Positions 11,188-23,942 of a stretch of 64,000 bases of DNA are shown here, one piece after another. Numbering within the stretch: the stretch's first letter is position 1; every line of letters starts with the position of its first letter. The DNA comes from Lingula anatina (taxonomy: Eukaryota; Animalia; Brachiopoda), in the NCBI GenBank assembly GCA_051362555.1, contig CM120649.1:2356001-2420000 (forward strand), written 5' to 3'. The translations under genes were made by a program, and so were the position numbers. Under the pieces are notes generated by a model. The model did not search any database. It saw only the letters and a program-made list of their open reading frames with translations, and was not told the origin of the DNA.

Positions 11188-11307
11188 AGCATGCGCAGTC
11201 GTTTGAATCCTGTACTTAGCTACCGTGCAGACGTGTATGGTACCAGAGACGAACAAAAACAGAACTGAGACACAATACACATTGATCTACAATCTCACTC
11301 CGTAAGT
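11188..11307 (+). promoter_or_regulatory. Candidate alternative first exon and donor for TRIM copy 2
   Basis: NRF1-like GCATGCGCA at about 11189 and a GTAAGT donor at 11302. An internally deleted homologue lies at about 33925-33971. Confidence 0.4.
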
Positions 11308-11828
11308 AGTGAATTCTTTAATAGCATATTAATATTTACAGTTGATACTACACTGTGTTTTAGGTATAATATGGGCATATAATGAATAACGCAATAGTGA
11401 AAAGACTGATCTTGGCCCGTAACAAATATAATCGAGTCGACCTACTTTATACATTATGCTGCACATTGAAAGTGTGTCGCAGAGCGTCGACGGAATCATA
11501 TGAAACTCAAGGACACTGGGTCATTTTAGATTTCTATTAATGTGTTTACAGTAGAGTTTGTTAAGCAGTATAGTAGGGGCCTTACGATATGGGCATGTCA
11601 TAGGGGATTTCATATACGCCCTCAGCAAGTAGAATTGAGACAAGGAATTGGTTTAGGGTTAGTGTATCAAAAAGGGTCAATATTTCAGATTGTTGATTAG
11701 TGAGTCATCCACTGGGACTATTTAGGGGTTTTATACTAATGTATTTTCAGTGCAGCCTAGATAAATAACAGGTCGATGCATGGTCTGCCTCCCTCTATCT
11801 CAACTCACGCCCGTCTCTCGTTTCCTCC

Positions 11829-11872
<44 letters not shown>

Positions 11873-12683
11873 AAACACGGAAGCTTTGCCGTATCCATAC
11901 TGTAGCAAATGTCATAACAAAATTTCCGGTGGATGGGTGAACATTTATTTAGACTCGTCTAGAAACAATTAATATGGTGACGGAGATCTGAAATATGATT
12001 GAAACAAATGAAAGTAAAAGAATAAACAAAATATAAATTTAAACTTAATAAAACTATCACAATGAAAAAATTACAATACAATACATACAGTAAATAACTA
12101 GAAATACGTACATAACAATGCTGCCTCCACTCTTTCGCATACAGTACTAGGCGTGTTCCAACCATGACAATACATGGTGACGTTTTATTGGTGACGTTTT
12201 GTTACCAACAGAACACCAATGATCCAACATATGAGGGCGCAACTCACACCAAGGCGTGACAACACAAAGTAAACAAGATAAACAACAAAAACAAACAAAG
12301 CAAACAAACAGACAAAAATACAAATGAAAAATAAATAAAAATAAAAAGGCCGACGACACATACCACATGGGGCTTACAAACATCTACTTGTTTTATCGTG
12401 GTGATATTGGACTGTACAGCACCAGGATGAGACACAGATAATGTGACTTGCTCTACGTGCCTCTGTCTTCCTCGTAACCACAATGTTAATACAACCTGTC
12501 ATATAAACATTGGCCGTCACCACCGCATTAGGACTCAAAATCACGAGTATAAGATTTAATCGATGGCGTTTATCTCTCAAGCCAGTCAGATAAGATAAGA
12601 TAAGAATTTACTCAGCCATTTATAAAAATTGGAAATCATTTTTCTTTGGAACAATGATTGAAGCCGTTTTTTTTTCTTTACAG

Positions 12684-12752
12684 ATTGTGATCATCTGGTC
12701 AAGATGGGAATCTGCGTGTAAAAAACATCATCGCAGTGTCAGATGATGTGGT
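12684..12752 (+). pseudogene. SH3BGRL exon-2 remnant in the 5' leader of TRIM copy 2 (acceptor plus uORF MGICV*)
   Basis: ttacag|attgtgatcatctggtcaagATGGGAATCTGCGTGTAA..gtgtcag aligns with taacag|aatgcgatcgtctgcccacacaggagatccgcgtgtac..gtgtcag at 39914-39973. Confidence 0.7.
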
Positions 12753-12889
12753 CTGATGTTCATGTATGTAACCCAGGAGCAGTGTTACATAGTTCAGTCT
12801 CAGACAGCAAATGCCATGAGAACTAGACATCATGAACTGACGAGACGTATTGCTTTAGGCTGTGTGTAAACCTCATTCAACTTGGTGTC

Positions 12890-14719
12890 ATGGCATCCAA
12901 GAAGTTGTACGAGGAGTTCAGTGACAATTTTCTCACGTGTCACATCTGCCTTCACGAGTATAAGGACCCGCGTGTCCTCCCATGCTATCACACTTTCTGC
13001 CTGGCTTGTCTTGCCCAGCACGTGGCAGCGAGTGGGTCGGGAGGCAACATCACGTGCCCAATGTGCCGCCAGGAGGCGCCTGTTCCACCAGGTGGGCTGG
13101 AGAAACTTGTCCGTAACTTCTTTTTGTCCAAGGTGAAGGACTTCATGTTGACAACAGAAAGTAAAGACAAAATGTGCGGTAACTGTGACTCACAAGTTGC
13201 TCAATTTTACTGTCAAGATTGCAAACATTTTTTCTGTAAGAACTGTCGACAAAAGCAGCATGACGCAATAAAATTTCTGCAGGGACACACAATGATTTCA
13301 GTGTGTGATCACGATAAGCAAGTCCAGGAAGAACTGGACGCTACACTATTTTGTGATAAACACCAAGGACAACAGTTAACCTTTTATTGCACAGATGACG
13401 ATGTTGTTGTGTGTCGTGACTGTATTCTCACCAAACACAACAAACACAACTGTGTAGACATTGCAGATGTAGCAGAAATCCATAAAGAGAAAATAAATAA
13501 TGCCTTTAATGATGTTTCTATGAACATTGCACTGTTTGAGAAAGCAGAGTCAGAAATAGCTGAGCAACAGAAAGTTGCAACTGACGTCGTAAACAAAACG
13601 GTGGCCGACATACAACAACAGGAGGCGGATATTATAAAAGAGGTTCAGCGTATTTCTGCTCAGTTGATAGCAGAAGCAAAAGATCATGCCGCAACGCACA
13701 TAAAGTCACTCGAGGCTGAGAAAGATCGCGTTCAACTACAGAAAGTATCCATCAACAGCGCATGTGAGTTTGCCAAACAGCTTGTTCAACATGGCTCCCA
13801 CACGGAGGTGATGACACACGCTAAAAATATCCAAGCAAGGATGAAAGAACTGAACAATGTCAGACCCACCGTACAGGTAAAAACAATAGAGATCACTTTC
13901 AGTAAAGGAAAACTTCCAGTGGACTTCTTTGGTCGTGTGACCATGTTAGAATGGGTAGATGAGTTCGAAAGCAGTATGAACAATGTATGGGACATAACGT
14001 GCAGCCACAGTGGAACAACATATCTAGTTTCTAAGTGGCCGGGTAAACTAACAGCAATATCACCATCTCATGAGGTGATATTTCAGGTTGATGTACCAAG
14101 TCCCAAGGGTGTCACCGTGCTCAGTGATGACAGACTGGTGGTTTCATGTGATAATGGGTGCCGAGTGTATTCCTCCTCCGGGAACCATGTCAAAACATTT
14201 GGTCAGGGTGACATGTCTGGCCCCAGTGGTGTTACAGTGGACAACAATGGACACATACTTGTCTGTGACGTGTACAATAAATGTGTCTGTGTGTATGACG
14301 CTGTGCAGTACAATCTTATCAATAAGATCAGTGTTCCTATGTGTAAATATCCACGATACATTGCAGTGCTCCCATGTCGTGACACCATTGTGGTGAGTGA
14401 CTGGTGTGGGCACTGTGTATATGGAGTGACCCCCCAGGGTGATGTAGTGTTCCAGTATGGTACACCAGGTGAGAAAGGCTCAGGTGATGGATACCTGAAG
14501 AACCCCTGGGGAGTGTGTACAGACAGCGTGGGGTACATCTTCATTGCTGACCAGTGGAATCACAGGGTGGTTGTTCTGACCTCAGATGGTCAACTGTTAA
14601 GATACGTGGTGGGTCCAGAACAGGCTTCTCAGCCATTGGGTGTGGCCATTGATAACAAAGGACAGCTTGTAGTGGGGGAAGATGAAGGCAAGGTGAAAAC
14701 ATTTACCTATGTTCTTTAA
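12890..14719 (+). CDS. TRIM-NHL E3 ligase, copy 2; intact, 609 aa (6-aa deletion just before the NHL domain)
   Basis: Paralogue of 6907..8754 with the same domains; LEWVDEF versus LEWLNAASLVGEF in copy 1. Confidence 0.95.
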   Translation: MASKKLYEEFSDNFLTCHICLHEYKDPRVLPCYHTFCLACLAQHVAASGSGGNITCPMCRQEAPVPPGGLEKLVRNFFLSKVKDFMLTTESKDKMCGNCDSQVAQFYCQDCKHFFCKNCRQKQHDAIKFLQGHTMISVCDHDKQVQEELDATLFCDKHQGQQLTFYCTDDDVVVCRDCILTKHNKHNCVDIADVAEIHKEKINNAFNDVSMNIALFEKAESEIAEQQKVATDVVNKTVADIQQQEADIIKEVQRISAQLIAEAKDHAATHIKSLEAEKDRVQLQKVSINSACEFAKQLVQHGSHTEVMTHAKNIQARMKELNNVRPTVQVKTIEITFSKGKLPVDFFGRVTMLEWVDEFESSMNNVWDITCSHSGTTYLVSKWPGKLTAISPSHEVIFQVDVPSPKGVTVLSDDRLVVSCDNGCRVYSSSGNHVKTFGQGDMSGPSGVTVDNNGHILVCDVYNKCVCVYDAVQYNLINKISVPMCKYPRYIAVLPCRDTIVVSDWCGHCVYGVTPQGDVVFQYGTPGEKGSGDGYLKNPWGVCTDSVGYIFIADQWNHRVVVLTSDGQLLRYVVGPEQASQPLGVAIDNKGQLVVGEDEGKVKTFTYVL

Positions 14720-16378
14720 CTACAATTTAAGTAATATAACAGACATTACCAAGCAACAGCATTTTTACCAGAAAAAGAGAGAAGAATTACAGCGAAACTT
14801 TGTGCATGAACATTATTTGTTGAACACATAATTATGGATATTTCTGAAATTATAACTGTTATATGGGAAGGTGATGATATTGGTTTAAAAAAACTATTAC
14901 TTATACGATAATGTAGGAGTGGGAAAGTAAAGTAATTCATAAAACAGTTTAATTATTTTTTTTACTCTTTTTGGCACTTTTACAGTCAAGTTATACTGCT
15001 GTATAATAAGTTCAAATCTTTTCTTTGAGCAATGACATAGTTTGATATGTATCTTAAAAAAAAAGGACACTGCACGACAATTGATTTTTACCTTTAATGG
15101 ATTAAATGTACGTGTAACAAGCTTGCACGATCTCTTGTATTATTGTAAATAAATGCTTTTAAAAATATCGTCAGTAATACCAGTATTTACTGTGAGACCA
15201 GGTATATTGTAACACTAACGTAAGCGCTGGGACATTATGGTTTTACCTCCATCTCGCCGTGATATCCACATGAAGGCGGATACAAGTCACCGTTACCACG
15301 TACGTCTCCTCACACACTACACGTGGATTAGCTACTTGGACCTGAGGTCACACTCTTAACTTGAACTCCTAGGTTTTAGTCTCTGTCGATGTATTTGTAT
15401 AGTTCGAAATGAAGCCTTGTCACATTTTTTACAAAAGTAAACAAGCAATATTTGAGTAATTCTATGATATCCCTCTTTTCATGTGCAAAAATGAGTCTGG
15501 ACATTAGTTGTATTTTATTGTACAAAAAAAAAAAAAAAAAAAGAAAATTCCTTGGAAGTACCACTTTTTTTTCATTTTCGCGGTAATTTTCAAGCCCAAG
15601 ACCGCTGACCATAAAATTGATGGCTTGGCGTTCCGGTATGTTTTTTTAATTTGTTAATTTTTGCATTTTAAAAGTAAAAGTTTGAGCATTCGATGACGAT
15701 CGCGAGATCGTATGCTTCTTCATAAGTTGCCTTCTCTGTAACCTTCATACGCGGCCGCGTCCTCTTTCTTCGTTTTTTTTTCTTCATCGACAGCATGGTG
15801 TCGGTAATTTCCGGTATCAACTCTAAATCTTTATACGTGTGTAACAAATAAATCGCACACGCTCACACACACACGCGCGCGCGCTCATGACTTGATAAAA
15901 GTAACCTGTTCATATATATTTTTTTCTTTTCAACTTTCGATTTTCACCCTGTATAATTAACAATTTAAAGGTTGTTTCTGTTTCCACGCTTCCAAGTATT
16001 GTAGACATTGACAGGATTGTGCTTGAAGTGACGTGTAGTGGTTTAAGACGTGAAGCTGAATGGTCATTTTTAGCTAGAAGTGAAGGGAAGTGAAGACGTG
16101 GGCTCAGAGATAAAGGCGGTTTTTCCAACAAAACGGTGAGACATCATTTTTTTTTCGGGGGGGGGGGGGGGAGGGGGGCATTTTGGGCAGAGAATACTTG
16201 TAGAAATAATAGGCACATGTTATGAAAACGTGTTACGAAACCTGAAGATCTAAAATCGTGCTTAATGTGCAGTCAATTTGTTTTGTCATATATGCTGTAT
16301 CGGCCGACAGCGCGACAAAAAACATCAAGGGAAAATAATTCATTTATTAATTTAACCAGTATATCTTATTATGTTTCC

Positions 16379-16606
16379 ATGTGTTCCGCGTCGGGGATTA
16401 AGGTGTATATCAGCCGCGTTCCATCCTACGTGGTAGTCAAGATGCGCCAACAGAATGTCGAGTTGATCCGCAGCAGGAAGAAGTTCTATACCCAGTTCAT
16501 CGATATCTCTGAAAGTAATTCAGTTAAGGAATTTCTAAGGAGACAAGAAGGGACTTCTATCGGTCCACAGCTTTTTAACGGCGTGGAATACTTTCTGACA
16601 CTGTAA
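16379..16606 (+). pseudogene. Divergent SH3BGRL-like copy, C-terminally truncated
   Basis: MCSASGIKVYISRV..KMRQQ..IDIS..GPQLFNGVEYF. About 100 bp covering the last helices and the stop are deleted relative to the 40145-40245 region; the 3' flank is homologous to 40245 onward. Confidence 0.8.
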
Positions 16607-17926
16607 AGACTACAAGACACGCAAATGTACACGTATAATGTACTTCAACCGCCATTTTGACGAAAACCTCAAAAGATATTTGAAAAGTAGAAATGTCTGA
16701 AGTTGGACGAGCTGACATGATTGTATTATAGGGGTATATACCGGTACATAATAAATAATAAAAAATAAATAAAATACACGGGGCGTTACCACAAAATATA
16801 ACATGCCCTTAAAGCATAATACCGGGGCACATATTCAGTGTGCTGCGGATTGAAAAAATAAAAAAAATTCAATATTTTGCACCCTTTATACAAGAGAAAT
16901 ATTTTTTTGCAATCCAGGCTTAAATTCTTTATGCACCTGGCATTTGAATACACATTTCCTCATATAGTGTCGCACGTGTGCAGTTAACCTACAGGTGTAT
17001 TTCCGCTGGTCGTGTGTGATGTCGCCCGTGTCACCAGAAATGACATGCATACCCGACTGCCATTCAGCGAGAGTCCCTGTGGATTTAACTCAATAGAGCG
17101 GTAGTTTCGTTTGGAATGGGCCATTATTTAATAGATTCAGCACATCCTTTCATGTACAGAATACGCTAAAATATCGTTTAACGCACGTGTTTTACAGTCT
17201 CGTAAGAACTGATAGTGTAAAGCGGGTATCCTCTACCAGGGCCACAGATTGATTTTTCATTAGATATTTACAGATATGTCTCTGGCTTATTTATATCACA
17301 TTTTTACAAGTGCACATAATTCATTTACGGCCCTGGCAGAGGGTAAAATGGGGGCCCACTATTCATGCAGCGTCGTCGATCTGTTCTGTTTCTCTACAGG
17401 TATTGTGTGAAGGGCGCAGATTGTGCTGTCCACGCTCATCTAAAGCATTCTGTTGCCCTCGTTCACTTAACGCATTCTGTTGTGTAGGAGCCCTATTTTG
17501 AGCATACACATAATGTAACGCCTTGTCTTATGATTAATACAAGATGCAGTCACTAGATGGCGGTAACATCTCAGGTCGCGTATGGACTGATGTGACAAGA
17601 ATGGTAGTCTGATAGAAACCGTAGTCCATTCCCCATAATGCTTAGGACAAATCTTTCGGAACAGGAAAATTTTACACATAAAAATTATCAAACACATGCA
17701 GAAATATTTCAGCTCGTGTTTGATAATTTTCATGTTTGATCCAACTACCAAGCTAATGAACAGTATTGCTCAGGAAAATTTTAGTTCACAGCTAGTGAAT
17801 AGCCTGACAAAACGTGTATCTAGTGTTCTGTTCAAATATCTGTGGATATGCCGGAGGGTAGAAACCCTGGCGATAAAGGAAAAGTTACCCAAATTTCAAG
17901 GTCGGAAATTACCAATATTTATTATA

Positions 17927-17928
<2 letters not shown>

Positions 17929-17977
<49 letters not shown>
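17929..17977. repeat. (TTA)n microsatellite (paralogue at about 392-441)
   Basis: Directly visible. Confidence 0.95.
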
Positions 17978-17978
<1 letters not shown>

Positions 17979-18256
17979 TTGTACCTTGAGCTTTTTATTT
18001 GATTTATTTAATATTTACTTTATTTTTGTATTTTGTAATATAAAAGTTTTAAGCACATTATGTGGTCTGAGCTCAGTCCTATTCTCTTTACACTACACAC
18101 TTCACCCACTGAGGATGTATTTTGTTTGGTTTCCATTTGATGTGGTATGTGGATTATTACTAGATAAATGTTATATGTAAAAATCCTCATGATGAAAAAT
18201 AAATTATTGAGACTTGTATGTATGACATCAGATTTTGGCTCACGATAAACTACATA

Positions 18257-18472
18257 GGGACCAGTACCATAGATTATCGTATTTACTATGGCTCGATCCT
18301 TCTCCATGGGGATTCTCGATAAATTGTAATCAGCTTAGGCTGCTAAGATGTCCGTAACGCCTACTGACTGCCATGGGGTAATTAACTATCGTTTGGCAGC
18401 TTCAATAGGCGTGCCAGACATCTAAGCCGCTTAAGCTGAAAGAAATTTAGCAAGAAACCTCCGGAGATGGAT
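18257..18472. mobile_element. Foldback MITE, right end deleted
   Basis: Paralogue of 26494..26745. Confidence 0.65.
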
Positions 18473-18630
18473 CTAAAGTCTATAAGATATTATTCTTGAC
18501 TTTACATGAATAATATAATATACTTATATATTTTATTTAATAATAAATTAATAATAGAACTTTTAAAACTCTTCTTTCCTGTGGTCAATTTCATCTCAAG
18601 CGAAACGATACAAAAAAGGCTTAAAACATA

Positions 18631-19310
18631 TAGGCTATTCACACTAGCATTTTCGACCGCGGTCAAGGCCTGCATGACCTCGGTTCTGTCGCGGTGAACT
18701 TTTCTAATGTGAACGGACCACGTACCCCTGACCGCGGTCGAAATAAACCCAGATTGGGAGCTGGGTTAAATCGGAGTTAACTCCGGATGTTTACATATGG
18801 AACGCATGCGCACAATTGGGCAATTAATCAACTGATCTCGTTCGCAAGAAATCCTGGCAGCTATTTCAGAACTATGAGTATGGGAAGCAGTAGTATGCAT
18901 ATAGGCCTATCATAGTCTGAGGATGCCGTGAAGGGCCTCTGCGCCAAATGGTCGGAGAGTGAGGTACAACGTAAATTAGCAGGAAGCGCCAAGAATAAAA
19001 CGGTCTGCCACAAAATATGCTTTAGGGTATCTGTATCACCATGCCTACATAGTATCTTATCTTTTGTAACCGTTTTGCAGTAAACGCATATATCTGAAAT
19101 AAGATAAATAAGATAAATTAAATATTAAGGGTCGGATTTTTAATTATCCGAACAATAGAGTGCATGCTGAACAGGGAGTACGATTGCTGGAATTATATCG
19201 CTACTGATCGCTTGCGGTATCAGTGTGACCGCAAAAAATCTCGGTTTCGTTAACCGCGATTCAATCGGAGTCAACTCGAGGGCGGTTAACTGCCTAATGT
19301 GAATGGCCTA
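18631..19310 (+). mobile_element. Non-autonomous PIF/Harbinger-like element (3-bp TSD ATA) carrying a Myb/SANT-like fragment
   Basis: TIRs TAGGCTATTCACACTAG / CTAATGTGAATGGCCTA; empty site ACATATTGTCAC at about 1621. It encodes SEDAVKGL.AKWSESEVQRKLAGSAKNKTVC.KI, resembling Harbinger trihelix/Myb proteins. Confidence 0.8.
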
Positions 19311-19624
19311 ATATTGTCACAGGAGTTTTGAGATTGCTGCACTTGTTTTGTGGTCCAATTTTATTAACATATCAAATGTGTCTTAACTCTTATCACTGTT
19401 TTGAAAAGATTATTTAAAGAATATTTCGATTTACAAAAATATTTTAGTTTTAAATAACTTAATGTTAGTTTTTAATTTATCTTTGTGATTTTAGTTTTTA
19501 TATGTTAGTGTAAGCAACACTGAGACGCACATTGAGTATTATCATTATTATTTACATAAAATCGTTTGAAAATATTTGTAAAATATTTGTATTTGTGTTT
19601 GAAAGTATGAAAGTTCAGGTGAAT

Positions 19625-19890
19625 TGGTACTGACAGGCTGGAAAGGTAATAAATGCTTTATCATTGACATTTCCCGCCTTAATATTCAACAGTAAACAAT
19701 ATGCTCCTGTACAAAATGTTACTAGAGTGCCTACTTAGAGTAACTTCAGCGTCTGGGTTAATAAACAAGCCCAGTTCTGCTATCTCTTGTATCATGTGCC
19801 TCGTGGTGGGGCGTACATCTCAGGTGACTCCAGCTATCAGGACGAGTGAGGTGTGTTCTCACGTACACCCAAGTCTACAGTTAGTGCAGG
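19625..19890. repeat. One hairpin-repeat unit upstream of TRIM copy 3
   Basis: Same core at about 19798-19888. Confidence 0.85.
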
Positions 19891-20373
19891 TTTAAATGAG
19901 CCATTTAGAATATGTTCAAAATATAAATATAAACTTAAAACCCATGCTTTAAATTCAACTTGATAGGCCTAATTGGCTATTACACTTGAATGCAAATATT
20001 CTTTTTCTTTTTGCCGAGAAGGAAATGATATTGGAAAATCACTTGAAACATATCTTTCCCTCATTAAACTACAGGGTTTTTTTTTTTCTTTTTTTAATCA
20101 AAATACCGTTTAAAGCGCAAACCCATGAAACTGCGTTAGGGGATGCAATCAAAAGGGAAATCAGTGGTATTTTAGTTTATTAATTTTTACAAAGTTACTT
20201 GGCAGATAAAAATCCATATTACTTTGACGTAATATTCATTTTAATTATTAAAATAATGTCTGCAATATTTGTAGACGTGGAAACAATCACTAACGTTTTA
20301 ATTATACAGGGAAGCAATCGATAGTTAAACAGATAAGGATACTTGAACACGTTACCTTTATCAAACCAGGACG

Positions 20374-20405
<32 letters not shown>

Positions 20406-20992
20406 TTGTTACACACGTTGAAGATCTACATGAGATACTGAAAACTACCGACACCATACCGAAACGTAACGGAATACGCTGTCGGTGGAAGTGGTGTCTG
20501 AACAGCAGGCTAAGCGCTAAAACAAAGAACTCAAACTGATTATACTGTGCTACACTTGCCTACATGTACGTATATCAAACATTGTCTCTTATCATGTTTA
20601 CCAGATATAATTTACAGACACGTTAATATTTAATAAAAACAGGTGATTCTGTAACAGTCCATGGGTCCAAGGAGGGTGGCGAGAGGATAATACAGAAATA
20701 AGAACCTTTTTAAACAAGACTTGGAAATTATACTATTCTGCAGTTTGTTGTTTATACAATCATGGTACATTATATTCATAAAGGAATAAACCATGCACGA
20801 GATGCTCCATGACATACAGGAACATTTGGTAAAAATGGTTATTTGCTGTCTATAACCGAAAGAGTTGTAAATGCAGGCCAACCTTAACACATTGCCTTTG
20901 GAAGGTGATTTAAGACTCTTCGGTGCGTCAGTCATCAAAGTGTAGGCGACCCTTGCAACCCTCACCGTCCTTTGCACAGATTTCATCACACA

Positions 20993-21057
20993 GTCATGTG
21001 ACACGGCCTGGTGTTCTTGTATATAACACAGGCGCTGCAGTGTTAAACAATCCAGTC
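20993..21057 (+). promoter_or_regulatory. M-box-like GTCATGTGAC, TATA and Inr of TRIM copy 3
   Basis: GTCATGTGAC at 20993-21002, TATATAA at 21020, CCAGT at about 21052. Confidence 0.55.
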
Positions 21058-21142
21058 AATGACAGAGAATGCGCCGTTTTTAAGTGACGAGACTAATTAT
21101 ACAGACTTTTGGCTGTGTTCGAACCTAACTCAGTTTAAAGTC

Positions 21143-22996
21143 ATGGCATCTAAGAAGTTGTACGACGTCTTCAGTGACAATTTTCTCACGTGTCACATCT
21201 GTCTTCATGAGTATGAGGACCCGCGTGTCCTCCCATGCTATCACACTTTCTGCCTGGCTTGTCTTACCCAGCACGTAGCAGCAAGTGGGTCGGGAGGCAA
21301 CATCACGTGTCCAGTGTGCCTTCAGGAGGCGCCTGTTCCACCAGGTGGGATAGAGAAACTTGTCCGTAACTTCTTTTTGTCCAAGGTGAAGGACTTCATG
21401 TTGACAACAGAGAATAAAGACAAAATGTGCGGTAACTGTGACTCACAGGTTGCTCAATTTTACTGTCAAGATTGCAGACATTTTTTATGTGAGAACTGTC
21501 GACAAAAACAGCATGACGCAATAAAAATTCTGCGGGGACACAAAATTATATCAGCGTCTGATCACGATAAGCAAGTCCAGGAAGAAATGGACGCTAGACT
21601 ATTTTGTGATAAACACAAAGGACAACAGTTAATCTTTTATTGCACAGATGACGATGTTGTTGTGTGTCGTGACTGTATTCTCACCAAACACAACAAACAC
21701 AACTGTGTAGACATTGCAGATGTAGCAGAAATCCATAAAGAAAAAATAAATAGTGCCTTTAATCATTTATCTAAGAACATTGCACTGTTTGAAAAAGCAG
21801 AGTCAGAAATATCTAAGCAACAGAAAGATACAACTGACATCGTAAACAAAACGGTGGCCGACATACAACAACAGGAGGCGGATATTATAAAAGAGGTTCA
21901 GCGTATTTCTGCTCAGTTGATAGCAGAAGCAAAAGACCACGCCGCAACGCATATGAAGTCACTCGAGGCTGAGAAAGATCGCGTTCAACTACAGAAAGTA
22001 TCCATCCACAGCACATGTGAGTTTGCCAAACAGCTTGTTCAACATGGCTCCCACTCGGAGGTGATGACACACGCTAAAAATATCCAAGCAAGGATGAAAG
22101 AACTGAACAATGTTAGGCCCATCGTACAGGTAAAAACAACAGAGATCACTTTCAGTAAAGGAAAATTTCCAGTGGACTTCTTTGGTCGTGTGAAGAAGTT
22201 AGAATGGCTAAATTCTGCATCTTTGGTGGGTGAGTTTGATATCAGCATGAACTACATGTATGTATGGGACATATCGTGCAGTCAAAGTGGAACAATATAT
22301 TTAGTTTCTTTAATAGCGGGTAAATTTACAGCAATATCACCATCTCATGAGGTGATATTCCAGGTGTATGTACCAAGTCCCAGGGGTGTCACCGTGCTCA
22401 GTGATGACAGACTGGTGGTTACATGTGATGATGTATGCCGAGTGTATTCCTCCTCCGGGAGACATGTCAAAACATTTGGTCAGGGTGGCATGTCTGCGCC
22501 ATGGGGTGTTACAGTGGACAACAATGGACACATACTTGTCTGTGACAAGAACAATAAATGTATCTGTGTGTATGACGCTGTGCAGTTCAATCTTATCAAT
22601 AAGATCAGCGTTCCTATGTGTAATAATCCACAATACATTGCAGTGCTCCCATGTCGGGACACCATTGTGGTGAGTGACAGAGAGGGACACTGTGTATATG
22701 GAGTGAACCCCCAGGGTGATGTAGTGTTCCAGTATGGTACACCAGGTGAGGAAGGCTCAGGTGATGGATACCTTGACTCCCCCTGGGGAGTGTGTACAGA
22801 CAGCGTGGGGCACATCTTCATTGCTGACAAATGGAATCACAGGGTGGTTGTTCTGACCTCAGATGGTCAACTGTTAAGATACGTGGTGGGTCCGCAACAG
22901 GTTTCAGCACCAGCAGGTGTGGTCATTGATTACAAAGGACAGCTTGTAGTGGGGGAGAAAAGAGGCAAGGTGAAAACATTTCGCTGTGTTCGTTAA
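21143..22996 (+). CDS. TRIM-NHL E3 ligase, copy 3; intact (MASKK start at 21143; the ORF extends to an ATG at 21059)
   Basis: Paralogue with all domains. The MASKKL start is shared by all six copies; the 21059 ATG lies about 5 nt after the predicted TSS. Confidence 0.93.
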   Translation: MASKKLYDVFSDNFLTCHICLHEYEDPRVLPCYHTFCLACLTQHVAASGSGGNITCPVCLQEAPVPPGGIEKLVRNFFLSKVKDFMLTTENKDKMCGNCDSQVAQFYCQDCRHFLCENCRQKQHDAIKILRGHKIISASDHDKQVQEEMDARLFCDKHKGQQLIFYCTDDDVVVCRDCILTKHNKHNCVDIADVAEIHKEKINSAFNHLSKNIALFEKAESEISKQQKDTTDIVNKTVADIQQQEADIIKEVQRISAQLIAEAKDHAATHMKSLEAEKDRVQLQKVSIHSTCEFAKQLVQHGSHSEVMTHAKNIQARMKELNNVRPIVQVKTTEITFSKGKFPVDFFGRVKKLEWLNSASLVGEFDISMNYMYVWDISCSQSGTIYLVSLIAGKFTAISPSHEVIFQVYVPSPRGVTVLSDDRLVVTCDDVCRVYSSSGRHVKTFGQGGMSAPWGVTVDNNGHILVCDKNNKCICVYDAVQFNLINKISVPMCNNPQYIAVLPCRDTIVVSDREGHCVYGVNPQGDVVFQYGTPGEEGSGDGYLDSPWGVCTDSVGHIFIADKWNHRVVVLTSDGQLLRYVVGPQQVSAPAGVVIDYKGQLVVGEKRGKVKTFRCVR

Positions 22997-23879
22997 CTGC
23001 AAGTTAAGTATCAGACATTACCCAGCAACATCATTTTTACCACAAAAAGAGAGAAGAATTACAGCGAAACTTTGTGCATGAACTTTATTTGTAGAACACA
23101 TAATTATGGATATTTCTGTTAATTGTTATATTAATTGTTATATTGGAAGGTGATGATATTGGTTAAAAAACTATCAGTTATACGATAATGTAGGAGTGGG
23201 AAAGCAAAATAATTCATTATGTACGTTTAAATTCCACACACTAACCAATTTCATGTCGAAAATAATTCATAAAACAGTTTAATTACTAGTTTTTCACTTT
23301 TTTTGGCACTTTCACAGTCAAGTAATACCGCTGTATAATAAAGCTACAATCTTTTATTTGAGCAATAATGATGTTTCTTAAAATAGGAAAGAGTGCGACA
23401 AGTGATTTTACGCTGAATAAATCAAATGTTCATGTAACACGATTGCGCGATCTTTTGTATTCTTGTAAATAAATGTTTTTAGAAATATCGTCAGTAATAC
23501 CAGTATTTACTATGAGACCAGCAGGAATATTGTAACACTATAACGTAAGTGCTGAGACATTATGGTTTTACTTCCATCTCGCCGCGATATCCACATGAAG
23601 GCGGATATAAATCACCGTTACCGCGTCTCCTCATACACTACACGTGGATTAGCTACTTGGACTTGAGGTCACACTCTTAACTTGAACTCCTAGGTTTTAG
23701 GCTCTTTCGATGCATTTGTATAGTTCGAAATGCACCCTTGTCACATTTTTTTACAAAAGTAAACTAGAAATATTTTATTAATTCTATGATATCCTTCTTT
23801 TCATGTACAAAAATGAATTCTGGACATTAGTTGTATTTTATTGTACATAAAAAAAAAGAAAATTAATTCCTGACTCTTT

Positions 23880-23888
23880 CTCTCTCTC

Positions 23889-23937
<49 letters not shown>
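23880..23937. repeat. (CT)n microsatellite (another at about 11830-11866)
   Basis: Directly visible. Confidence 0.9.

Positions 23938-23942
<5 letters not shown>

Noticed and set aside
21059-21142. 28-aa N-terminal extension in copies 3 and 4 (also 29412-29495)
   Set aside because: This ATG reads ACG in copy 1, is absent in copy 6 and lies about 5 nt from the predicted TSS; the shared MASKK start is more plausible.
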